DNA of 64,000 bases, taken from NCBI RefSeq assembly GCF_037042905.1, contig NC_087254.1:28086001-28150000 (forward strand), in the 5' to 3' direction. A program made the position numbers and the translations under genes. This document shows positions 53,069-64,000 of this stretch, piece after piece; position 1 is the stretch's first letter; each line of letters opens with the position of its first letter. The notes beneath the pieces are model-generated. The model was given only the letters and a program-made list of their open reading frames with translations. It did not search any database and was not told the origin of the DNA. The stretch comes from Lytechinus pictus. Taxonomy: Eukaryota.

Positions 53069-55940
53069 TTTAATGAAAATCAACAAGAAATTTCATACGT
53101 CATGAATTTGGGGTTGTGATAATAATTTTTTTTTTTTGTTGAAAAATTGGACTTGGAAAAAAACCCTTTTCCATCTTCATCTAGTGGTTCCTAAGTCAGA
53201 CTCTTCAATGTTGAATTGTTGGATTTCTTGAATGAAAACATATGTTACACCAGTCCTGCAGATTGAAAAAATAGAGAAAGAAAATCAATGAATTTAAATT
53301 AAAATTGTCGTGATTTATAAAACATAAATGTTTTAAGAAAAGTGAGACTATACATATATATGTTTCTTCAACACATAACAGGAAATCTTACTTCTTCTAA
53401 TTATAAACTTGTACTTCTATAAAGCATATCACTTAAACCTGTTCTATGCAGTTTACATACCACTCTCCATTATAACTACATGTACTCTATGAAAAAAATT
53501 GTCAAAGATTTCTCATAAATATAAATATATGAATCAACATATGTAAATTATATAAATAGTCAGAATTAAAGTTGATATGCTTTGTTGCACAGAATATTTT
53601 GATCTGTGATTAAAAACGACACTAACTATAATCTAAAAACAAAATTGAAATGGGTTTTTCAAAGGCAGGTCTATTTGTTGCCAAAAAAAATGTGAACAAC
53701 CTCCATTATTACAAATATTCACTAATTAACTCACTCATATAACTGCTGTAGGTTGTATTTCTCTTTGTGGTCTAGTCGCTGTTCTAGTAGGCCTACTTCA
53801 TTAATTATTTATCATCATCAATCACCTCCATGGAAATTGTAAAACTGCATCATCCTATTGGACAAAATGTAAAATAACAAGATTTTTTAAAAATCGTAAA
53901 TCTACAAATATGAAATATGAATATCACACTATTAAAGAATGAATAAAATGAAATTTGTAAAATATGAAAAATAAATATTGCTTTGTTTATAAACAAATAG
54001 GAAATAAAAAGGCCATTTAATTACCAGTAGATCAAGGACATGACCTTACCGGTATTTTATAAATTTGCCCAAGGTACATAACTTTTGGCATTGGGTCTAT
54101 TTTAGACTCGAGAGCCTGTATATTTAAGAAGTGTATATTCGTTACAGATCCTACCTCTTTGTGGCTCGGATTATTTTTATTTAATGTAAACATGGTTAAC
54201 ATTCAATGCATGTAATGTATCTGTAATTTTGTATGGGTTAGTTTAATTTTTATACCTGGATGAGAATCTGCAAAATGATGCATGAACTTATGATCATCAT
54301 CTTGAACCATATAGGTAGACCTCTATACTGTTTTTCTTGTTCTTCAAACTCAACCTGTTTGTGAAAAAAAAAGAGAGAACAATAATAAGAAGTGATCTTT
54401 TTCGTATGTATAGGGGGAGGGGTTTGGGAAAGAGCTGAAATGTGAAAACCTTCATCAAAAAGAGAATTGCATGACATCCTTCAATTTTACTTTAGAAAAT
54501 GAACAAAACGGCCCTAGGTAATATTGGTCGCTTCTGGCCCTCGCTTTCTGAATTTTAGGTTTCTCTAAATTTTTTCACAAGTCTGCCCCCCCACCCCCCC
54601 CCCCCAAAAAAAAAATTATAATCTGGATCTTTTTATTTCCGAATCTTATTTCATTTGATTTTAACATAATTTCATAATCTCATGCACTAGTTCTGGATCT
54701 ATTTGTAAGAAAGTATAGATCTAGTCCAACGAGACTCAGTTCTGTGCGACAGCATTCATGTATCTAAATTAGGTCTAGATCTAATGTTAGACTAACGATG
54801 GACTCTCGATCTATCTAGACCTAGAAAGTAAAGCTTCGGTTCTAAACCGAGATCTAGACCCTATATCGGTTTAGAAATTTTTGATGTCTGACTCTTACTT
54901 TTATTCCTGGCTAAGACTTCATTGCCATTATTGACCGAGAGTAGATCTAGATCTAGTCCTTGGTCCACTGACAGTCATACTCGTACATGTAAATGGAGTC
55001 GTTTAGGCACAGACCTAGATCTAGGCCTAAATTACAGACCTAGATCATAAGTGTTGAGGGTTGGGAAAGTATAAGTTAGACTAGATTTGAATTCGGTAGG
55101 CCCAGTTCTTAATAGCATCGATGAATAAATAAAAGTAAAGTAGCCTAGATCTAAGTATAAAGTAAGTAGGGCCTAGGAATAGGATAGGATTAAGAAGATC
55201 TAGGTCCTAGATCTTTTGTTTTGATAATAAAACAAACATGCAGCGCAGCATGTTATTTCTAAGACCGAGTCGAACTATATTTATAAATAACAATAAGAGT
55301 TAAAATGGAGGGGGGGGGGGCTAAATGCAGAAGCCTGAAGTTATGCAAAATAAATTTGATATCTGAAACAAAGTGAGGAATGACTCAATGAGGATTGACA
55401 CAATGACACTTGACAGGCGTATCTTCAGAAGTTCAGTTCATCCACACTCCGCTTCACAGTTTATTCCTGACTGAGTCTCGATCTACTGAAGATAGATGTA
55501 GATCTCCCGGCCTCTAGATCTAACGTTACAGTGTACAAAAAGAAGCCTCATTCTTCTTGTTTTAATCAATCGTGGGTTGGTCCTTGTTGGAGGTGAACCA
55601 AACCAGCCCGATTATCTCTCGATTCCCAGCCGGCTAGGACCCCGTACAAAATACATGTGGTTAACACAGCGGCATAACGGCATAACCACAACACTGCAAG
55701 CAACATACATACAGGCTGCACTGGGCGACGATGACAATCTAACTTCAATTTCAAAGACCAAATTCTGCTTTCCTTTAACAGAGGAATGATAGCAAAATCT
55801 CTAATTTGTTAAACAAATAACCTAAGATCACAAAATACAGTGTGAAATGTGTAAATAGTCCACTGAATTCATGTGGTTATATCAATTTATACGTACTCAC
55901 CGGAGTGTTCGTAGGTCCATTTTGTGTGTGGAAAGAAAAG
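53069..55940 (-). ncRNA. Predicted spliced transcript with short exons (5'TOP-type lncRNA / snoRNA host / small-ORF gene)
   Basis: Predicted exons: ~55940-55901 (CCG|gtgagt), 54354-54256 (ttttcacaaacag| ... CAG|gtataa), 54115-54050 (tacag| ... CCG|gtaagg), 53854-53735 (ccaatag| ... |gtgagt), 53486-53392 (ttttcatag| ... |gtaaga) and 53255 onward (ttttttcaatctgcag|). ATTAAA at 53074-53069. Confidence 0.6.
55555..55739 (-). ncRNA. Candidate intronic structured RNA (H/ACA snoRNA/scaRNA-like)
   Basis: GC-rich island with a CCCAG/CTGGG closing stem, two internal hairpins, H-box-like AGATAA (55617-55612), a 3' hairpin and ACA at 55560-55558. Confidence 0.4.
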
Positions 55941-56190
55941 TTTCAGAATGAATAAATTAGATGACGTAATGAGGTCAAATGAATAATTAATTCTGTAACA
56001 CGATACCACTAGTATCGATGACAAAGAATCGGGGAAATCGCGTATTAATGACGCTCTTAGCCAATGAAAAGGCCGGATTATGAATATCTTCATGCTCATG
56101 AATGTCAATGAGGGCTTATTTTTGTCTTCAAATGATCGCGGTAGGCGGAGCCTAATCCCATTTGTTTTGTGCTGAACGCGCACGCAGCTT
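55930..56190 (-). promoter_or_regulatory. Housekeeping-type promoter of the minus-strand transcript
   Basis: Pyrimidine initiator CTTTTCTTTCC (55940-55930), CRE/ATF-like TGACGTAA (55962), DRE-like TATCGATG (56013), CCAAT (56061), GC-box-like GGCGGAG (56144). The region is CpG-rich. Confidence 0.55.
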
Positions 56191-57377
56191 TCGGTCTAGT
56201 AATATATTATAAGGTCTTTGATAAATACAGTCACCAGCCGCGTATCCTATACTATAGGGAGACTTGATTATTTTGTTATGTAGTAAATTGATCTTTTTTT
56301 TTATATACTCCCTTGTGGTTCCTCAAATTGTTTCCACTGTCTCATAAAATCTGGCCAATAAAGGCAATGTCCCTATAAGCATTCTCTCAGGAAGGAGCCC
56401 CCATGATCTCGGCGAATAACCATCGGTATTAAAGGTGTTGTATATAAAAAGAGAAAATTAGAAGGACCATTCCGTGAAAGGAGGGGCTCCGAGGAGGAAC
56501 CATACTCCAGTTACAAACCTGACGCCATTTTGTTTTCTTGTTCTATCTTACCCAACCGATGCAAATTGATGAGGAGCTCACAGTGTAGCCCCGAGCAATA
56601 TTTACATTTGCAAAATGTCATCTCTGCTCAAACACGAAGACAAGTGTGTACACGGTCTCTTGTTCAGCTCTGTCGAGTGAAAACAACCTCCGGGCGGCCA
56701 AGAGTTGCAACGCAATAGTGAAAAAATAAAGTAACAAGTCTTGCAAAATGCAACTAATAAAAAGCGATTAGAAGATTACCCGAGTCTAAGATGGAGAGAG
56801 GAAAAAATCGAGCCGCGGCCATATTCTATTCCCCATTTGCACTTTGTTGCCTTCGAGCGTTGCAAATTAGCGCTAAAAGACAGTCAATATTGATAGTGAT
56901 AACTTTAATTTGAGGGAAACTTTGTGACAGCCTGCGAAATGCTTTACGGCGATCAGGAAAAATTTTCAAGGCAATCGTTGTTCAAATAAAATGACAAAAA
57001 TCAGGAGGCCGACTAGGGCGTGAACGCGGGAGAGGAAAATATTGGAGTTGAAAGAGGAGAGGGGGAGAAAATAGATGTAGCTATTTTATTGGCCGTGAAT
57101 GAATTTGTCGTGTTTACATGCATTGTGGAGATGTGAGATGACATCGGCGGAGATGTGTTATTTGTTCGGAATATTATGTTATTAATTTGATTTAGTGAAA
57201 TAAGTGAATTACATTCGAATCGCGCGGGAATCAGAGGAGATGAAGGATGGTGATAAATGGGAACGGTGTCGTCTGCGCTAAGTTGATGATCTCATTACGT
57301 TATTACGTTCACGCGTGAATTTGATTTGTGTGGGAATCAAGGTCCCGCAAGAAGTCAGAAAATCATGTTAGCTTATC

Positions 57378-57393
57378 TGGCGCCCTCTAATGG
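57378..57393 (-). promoter_or_regulatory. CTCF-like motif
   Basis: The minus strand reads CCATTAGAGGGCGCCA, close to the CTCF core consensus CCACTAGAGGGCGC. Confidence 0.45.
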
Positions 57394-57672
57394 TTCAACC
57401 TGCTAGCTTCTCTGAAGTAATCTCTGGAGACATTAGGGCCTATAACATTAATTTCTTCAAGTTTGACCTTCTTTAAATTTGATTTCAAACCTCTGCTGCA
57501 TGTTGCTTGCTTTAACCTGTTTACAATTATTCTTATTTCATTTAGTTCATTTTCAGACTTTTCAGCATTTACTGGCCAGAGAACCAGAGAGATTCAGTGT
57601 AAAGTATTTTTTTATACAATAAAGACTAAACAATTATACTTTAAAAAGTCAATAGCTCATGTAAAAATAATA

Positions 57673-57841
57673 CACTCTTAAAGAAAAGGGGGAAGGGTTT
57701 AAATTCATATCAGCTAATAGTGACCAGTCGAATTTTGGATTAGATTTGAATCCCACATACAAGCCTTAAATCTAATCCAGTGTTCGACTGGTCACTATTT
57801 ACAACAGCTAGTCTGGATTTATTTCAAATCTATGAAGAGTT
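57673..57841. mobile_element. Fold-back MITE
   Basis: TA-CACTCTT ... AAGAGT ends. Internal arms ATAGTGACCAGTCGAA..TGGATTAGATTT / AAATCTAATCCA..TTCGACTGGTCACTAT. Confidence 0.75.
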
Positions 57842-58844
57842 TAACCTACGAAAACGAATATTGTGAAAAAAAAGTCGTTCCAAATCTATCATACATACTG
57901 ATTTCAATACGATTTCAATGTTATTGTTTTATTTTTATGCAATTTTTCAGAATGTAAATCGATTACAAATAAAATCCGTTGTGAAAACGGCTGAGATTTA
58001 TGGAGTCATTGGCTGAATACTAGTATTGTAGACCACTGTGTGTTTGAATTTCGTCTGCTAAATTAGGACATCGTCTGAACACTATCCCTCTTCCAAGTAA
58101 CTCGATCGGATATTGAAATGTATAAGTTATATTTCACGATAAAAAAATGTTTATCACCAGGTTGACCAGAAATTTTTTTTTTGGAAAAGTTTCTAGCAGG
58201 TTTTAACTTGGCCATGCTTGTAACGTATCTAGCGTGAAAAGGGAAATCGTCATTTCAGCCGACTATTTTGTAGATACAATCCGTCCTAAGAAGTGTGTCA
58301 TATCAATTTAGAAATCAGCCACTTTAAAGGTCACTTGCGGATAGTGTTCACTGGTTAGAATGCACGTTGTGTGAAATTCATATAAAGTTAACACAAAATA
58401 AATGATCATGAGGTAGAATTGTATATGAATATTTTTATTTTTATTAGTGAGTAGTGGATCCAGAATTTGATGAATTCGAAAGCCCGGGAAACTATTTCAC
58501 TTTTTGGCTATCCAGGACCATGCTTCGCACTGAATTCACCACCGATGACAACAATCCCAGCCAAATCTAGACGATTCCACTTTTACAAATTCTTTTTGGG
58601 AGTTCCTTGGACAAGAAATGACGTCAATGTCACATAAAAAACAACAAACAAAAGGGAATTGCAAAGTAAAATTCACTGGTAGATCACCTGGGCGGGACTC
58701 CTGGCTGCCGCCCCCTAGCACCTGCCACTGATATAACACTATCAAAGTAGGCCATGATTGTAAACCAGTTTTATCAAACCTCGTGTACAGTATTCAGATA
58801 CATAACTCTTTGGGTGGAGCAGGGCAATGGATTCGAGTTTCCTA

Positions 58845-59128
58845 CACTGTTAAAAAAAAACGTGATTTTACAGGGAAAAAAAGAAGATTTTGCAGAAAGC
58901 AATAATAGAATCATTCTGTAAATTCATAAAACAGGAATTGTTCTGCAATTTAACAGAACATGTATGTTTAAAAAGGGGAAAAGGGTGTTTTATTTAAGGA
59001 AATTTGTAAGATTCCATACACCAAATACCAATTTCCTGTACGATTACGCAATCTGGTAAGATTACAGGTGTTCTCGAGACTCTGCTGCAGGAACTTCTTT
59101 TATTTTAAGGATAAATTTTCTAACAGTG
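58845..59128 (-). mobile_element. MITE family A copy, reverse orientation
   Basis: Reverse complement of the 48612 copy, flanked by TA at 58843-58844 and 59129-59130. Confidence 0.88.
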
Positions 59129-62100
59129 TACTAGACAAAAATGAGATTTGCAGGTTTTTTTTTCTTTTCGTCATGTTTCTTTACGAATCAAATCCTTCTT
59201 TTTTTTAAATATTTTTACTACGAATGCAGAGGCGTTCAATTATTTTCTCTAATCTAATTTTATTGATATACATGTATCGTTTTGTTTTATTTTACGACCT
59301 ACTATAATTCATCTTCGTACACTGTCAAAGAACACGGGTTAATCATCCGAACATTACATGAAGAACTTTCGAATAGTCCAGTGTCCACAATTCGTTAACC
59401 TAGGCGGTATACTGTACGTTTCCGATTATTACATAGTCAGGTACCCCCTCTCAGCCCCCCCCCCCCACGCATTCCTCTCTCTCTCTCTTCCTGGGATGTG
59501 CCATCTTGAGTTGACCTGGGTAGAATATGACGAATTCGCTCAACAGATGGCGTCAGTAGGTAGTTTTTCATTAGCATGTAGTTTCTGACCGAGGTCACGA
59601 GTATAAATGAGGACGTTCGTCATGATATGAGTCTTCTCTGCTCGTCTCTATTCGGTCTATTCCAACACTGATATCTCAGTGTATACCAACATGGCTTCCA
59701 AAGAGTTGTGTATTTCTCCATCTAATTAAAACTCCTTGGTATTCATATATGGTGTCGGAAACCATCGTATCTTGTTACATAAAAATGCAATCAATATTTC
59801 CTATTAACAATTGTCACAATAATTGCATTACCAGCTGAATCACTGATTTTGAATCCTGGACAAAGTTACTAACTTCTGGCAGGGTTCAAGTAAGATCCTT
59901 TCAAACGCAGTCATATCTTAAGACCTTGGTGAGACAAACCAACTTACGACTCTCATTCTGGCGCTTTACAAACTGGTTGTTTGTAAAGTTAGTTGTTTCA
60001 CACTAAAAAGCCCCTACCAAAGAGTTGGAATTGATCCAACCAATTATCTCAACTACAAAAAGAATTCAAATTTCTGCCATAATTCATCATCTTGGAGGTG
60101 TATAGAGTGTTCCTCTGTTTACATAAAGGGGTGTGCGAATTGGTCAAGACAATGCATGAGTGTTCATCATATTTCTACACCACGTGAATAGACTTACATT
60201 CCTATTATGGGTGATGGTATCATTAACTTTCAGAGTTGAAATTGATTGGATCAATCAAAGCTTTTAGTAAGACAGGGACAGGGATTTGCCATCTTGCATC
60301 AAGATTTGAAGTCATAAAATTACGAGTTCTGTGACTTTTCATTTAATAGTACAAATATTTTATTCTTACAATTAACTAAAGAAAATGGGCATTTACAGGT
60401 GACAGTTTGACAAAGTTTGAAACGCTCCATCTATAAATATCTCCAGCATAAGAAACCAAATCATGTTTTCATTTTTTTCTTCAAACGAGACAACATACTA
60501 TACAATTATTTACAATAAAAACATTGTCACAAACACACACATCATTACAAGGCCTATTTCCAATAAAACTAATCTGATTTCTGTAATTGTATATCTATCC
60601 TGAATAAGCTATACATTTTTATTTTCTGATAATCTATAGTCTATAAAAACTTGGATAACCTATGCCTCAGAATCATTCACTTTTACTTCAATGCAGATAA
60701 AATTTATCATGTTGACAAAAAAACAAAAACAAGTCTTATAATTTTGTTTCACATGAAGTTGATCAGGTACACATAATGATCCATGACAGTGGACTATAAC
60801 AGTCATCTAACTTATCTTGAATTAGACATACCACACACATTGCTTTGATGTATTCGCTTTCATAAAGATTAAATTTGTGCATTTCAAGTTACAAATATGC
60901 ACTTACTTAGACTGTGATATGGTTTGTTGGATGGATTCATATAGATTCACTCTGCATAGTATAACCTCCAGAAAAAAATGTAACAAGTGATCACTGCTTC
61001 ATCAAATGAGTTTGGGTTTCCAATTCCAGCTTTGTATACTTCAGTGATTGGTAGAGTCAGGTAAACTTTAACACACAACCTATAACTCAATTACAGTTGA
61101 AACTCTTAGGACATAGAGGTCTGCATGACTTAGGTGAAGTTTGACATAAATCGGGCAAAAAACACATAATCTGGTCTGAAAAATTGCTTAGACTTGCACA
61201 ATTATCAACTTATGAAGAATCTACTGTACTTCATCAGTACAATGTCTTTAAGTTTTGGACCAAAAAAAAATTGTTTAATTTTGTGTTATTTTGCACAATC
61301 TGATCTGACCAAAATTGCTTCGTCTTGGACCATCATTTTACTTACTGATATTTAATTAATGCGTAGTTAACTGCACTTGATATCAGATTTCAAAGCAAAC
61401 TAAATTGTAATCCAAAAATAGTACCTACATCTGTTTGCATATACATGAACATATCTGAGGAATGCAAAAGATAATTGATTCCTATGCATTTCAGGAATTG
61501 ATTCAATAAATTGGCAAAGCATACATGGCCTTTCTAAACGTTGATCTGTGGTGCAATAAAGCAACATCGAATTCCTCACCCCCTCCAAAAAAAATATATT
61601 TACAAATATCCTGAATACTAAATGCATGGCTCAACTCTTAGTTTGTTTCACTCCAATCATAAAGCAGACCTCACAACCATCCTTACTGAAAATGACCATA
61701 ACTTTATTATAAAATAGAAGTGAAATATCACTCATGGTGTGAAAAATAAAAATACCAAGAAAAAACAGGAAATTCAAATAGAATCAACAACTAAGAATGG
61801 TAAATATCTGGATAATTTCCCCTAGTTAAGAAAAACCATGTCTGTGAGAATCATCTCCCCCTATTTTAAAATAAAACATGCTCTTGACTTAAATAAATCT
61901 TGTATTCAAACTAAATTGTAAATTTGCAAGTATTTTACTAAATAAGAAATAAAAAAGACACTAATTCATTATAAGAATACAGAGTAAGATTCAGCCAAAA
62001 TGAAATTTATGCATTAACTTGAACTGGCCCAAAATGTCTTAAAATAATCATTAAAAAAACAGATTTATAACAATTGAATAACAACAAACATGTATATCCA

Positions 62101-63071
62101 CTTGCATGCATACACAACATAGGTACTTACAGTATATACATTACCAATTTCTCCTCTAATTACCTGGCACAAATTTCATTTTATTTCACAATTCATGTTC
62201 ATCTCTCATTTCTACATTGGCTTTGTGCTGGAACGAGTTATGTACAAACTAACTAACAAATCATCACATATATAGGCTTCGAGTAACAGTAAAAACCTAC
62301 AAATTAAGAGAATGTTAATTTCACAAATCAAGCATACATATCTACATAAAAGGAAGAGATAATCAGGTCAACATGAATGAATATCATCATGGTCCACATG
62401 CTGGGAAATGATGGTGTGATGTTAGGTAATACATACAAAGGGTTGTCACGATAATCAACAATTTTCTCCTCTTTGGCCAGTGTAGACTTTGACTCTGAAA
62501 GGCTTGGTCAAAAATGGTGAGCTGCCCACTGCTTAATTTTCATATTATGCATATTAACTACCAATACAAAATATATGCAAGCACTTCTTACATCTCTGTT
62601 AAAGGGATGTACAGTTTGTCTTATTGTCAAGTCTCCAAGTTATTAAGCAGTAGCATTGGAACACTATTTGCTCAAAAAGAATAGGAGGGGCATACCACTC
62701 TTAACCCACAATAGCTTGCTCGTCATATCTGTTGTTAGGTTGCAGTGTTCGAGTGCCGGCTGTGCCGCTAAATAAAGTGTCTCACATCAGCAGCACTGGA
62801 ACACTCTTAGACAATGAATGTTAGCCAGGAGTGTTCAAGAGCCTCTAAATGAGGTGCCTAGCATCAGTAGCACTGGAACAGTCTTTGAGGACACAAAGAA
62901 ATGGAAGGGAATGTAAGCTTGTGAGTATTCCAGAGCCTCTACAAAAGGTAACCAGCTTTACTGGCACTCCAGAGAACACTAAGCACTCCAGAGAACATTG
63001 AGCACACAGAGGATTGTAGAAGTATGCCATTGCTGATTGACCAATTTATGTCAGGTTTCCTCCAAGTCACT

Positions 63072-63382
63072 GGCCCGTATTCTGATAGCAGGTTTAACTT
63101 AAACTCAGGTTTAAAGTTGTGGTTTAAGTATGGATAGCCAATTGTTACACAAATCACGAACAGTAGAGATATCATACTTCAGCTCACTTGGCTCTCAAAT
63201 CATTCATGATTGTCTAGGAAGTATAAATAGATGATTGTCTTCACCATCGATGAATCAGGAAAGAGCACAGTAAACACAAGAAACATACAACTTAATAAAG
63301 ATTTTGATACTTTTGGCTTCCCATAATTAAACTACAACTTTAAACCTGAGTTTAAGTTAAACCTGACTTCAGAATACGGGCC
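63072..63382. mobile_element. PIF/Harbinger-like MITE, intact, with 3-bp TSD
   Basis: About 55-bp TIRs (GGCCCGTATTCTGA..CAGGTTTAACTTAAACTCAGGTTTAAAGTTGT and its inverse). ACT is duplicated at 63069-63071 and 63383-63385. Confidence 0.9.
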
Positions 63383-64000
63383 ACTGAGTTTAACTCCAAC
63401 CTATCAAGAAGAATTAGAGGTACCAGGACAATCCCATCAAGCAACTGATTGGAGGAAAGGCAAGCTATTGTAGCCTGCCCTTCCTGTGTTCTGTGATCCA
63501 GCAACCACTACCTCCTCTATTAATTTGATCCCACTGGACACTATCAAAGAGAGACTAAACTGAAGCTGACCATATTTGAATAGAATGCAACAGTTTCCAA
63601 TGTCATTTCAGAGCCAAGCATCTACTGATTTGACACCAGTACAAAGAATTAGATGAGAACTGACTATCAACAATACCACAAAGAGCATCTTGATTCACAG
63701 AGCAGAGAAACTACAATTATGGAATCATTTATTTTAATTTACATTACTAATATACACAGATACATCACAGTAAAGGGTGTTCAATCAGTAGATCAAACAG
63801 TGGACATTTTGTCAAGTACAAGAAGTACATTTAAATAAAAATTGAAAGGTTTTTCATTCATGTTGTGTGAAAAGCTGCAAATGTCTTTAAATGTAGCTCT
63901 GCATTTAAAAAGGAATCTGAATGAATAACAAGTACTGGAAAGCTAAAAAAAAATACAAGAGATTTATTGAATTTTTAAGTAAAATCTTATTCATAGAAGC

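Noticed and set aside
53256-54255. C/D-box snoRNAs in introns 2-5 of the predicted minus-strand gene
   Set aside because: No convincing RTGATGA...CTGA pair with a terminal stem was seen. These introns are plain AT-rich sequence.

Overview
AT-rich, intron- and repeat-rich animal genomic DNA, not prokaryotic. The repeat families and gene style suggest an echinoderm, most likely a sea urchin; this is an inference. The only clearly recognisable protein-coding sequence is the terminal exon (10007-10936, +) of an Uncx/unc-4 PRD-class homeobox gene, whose earlier exons were not found and probably lie left of the window. The following ~40 kb has no recognisable gene and retains CpG. It contains a 5'-truncated L2/CR1-group LINE, tRNA-derived SINEs, many MITEs/non-autonomous DNA transposons, microsatellites and a 3.6-kb 21-bp minisatellite with higher-order structure. 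The best new candidate is invisible to the ORF track: a compact, spliced minus-strand transcription unit (about 55940 to 53070). It has a 5'TOP/TCT-like start, six short exons with canonical GT-AG sites and only small ORFs. Its first intron carries a GC-rich ~185-nt structured, H/ACA-like RNA candidate and a dense AGATCT cluster, so it resembles an undescribed snoRNA-host/micropeptide gene. The CpG-poor right end (about 60-64 kb) probably belongs to a neighbouring gene. All calls were made by eye, without database searches.
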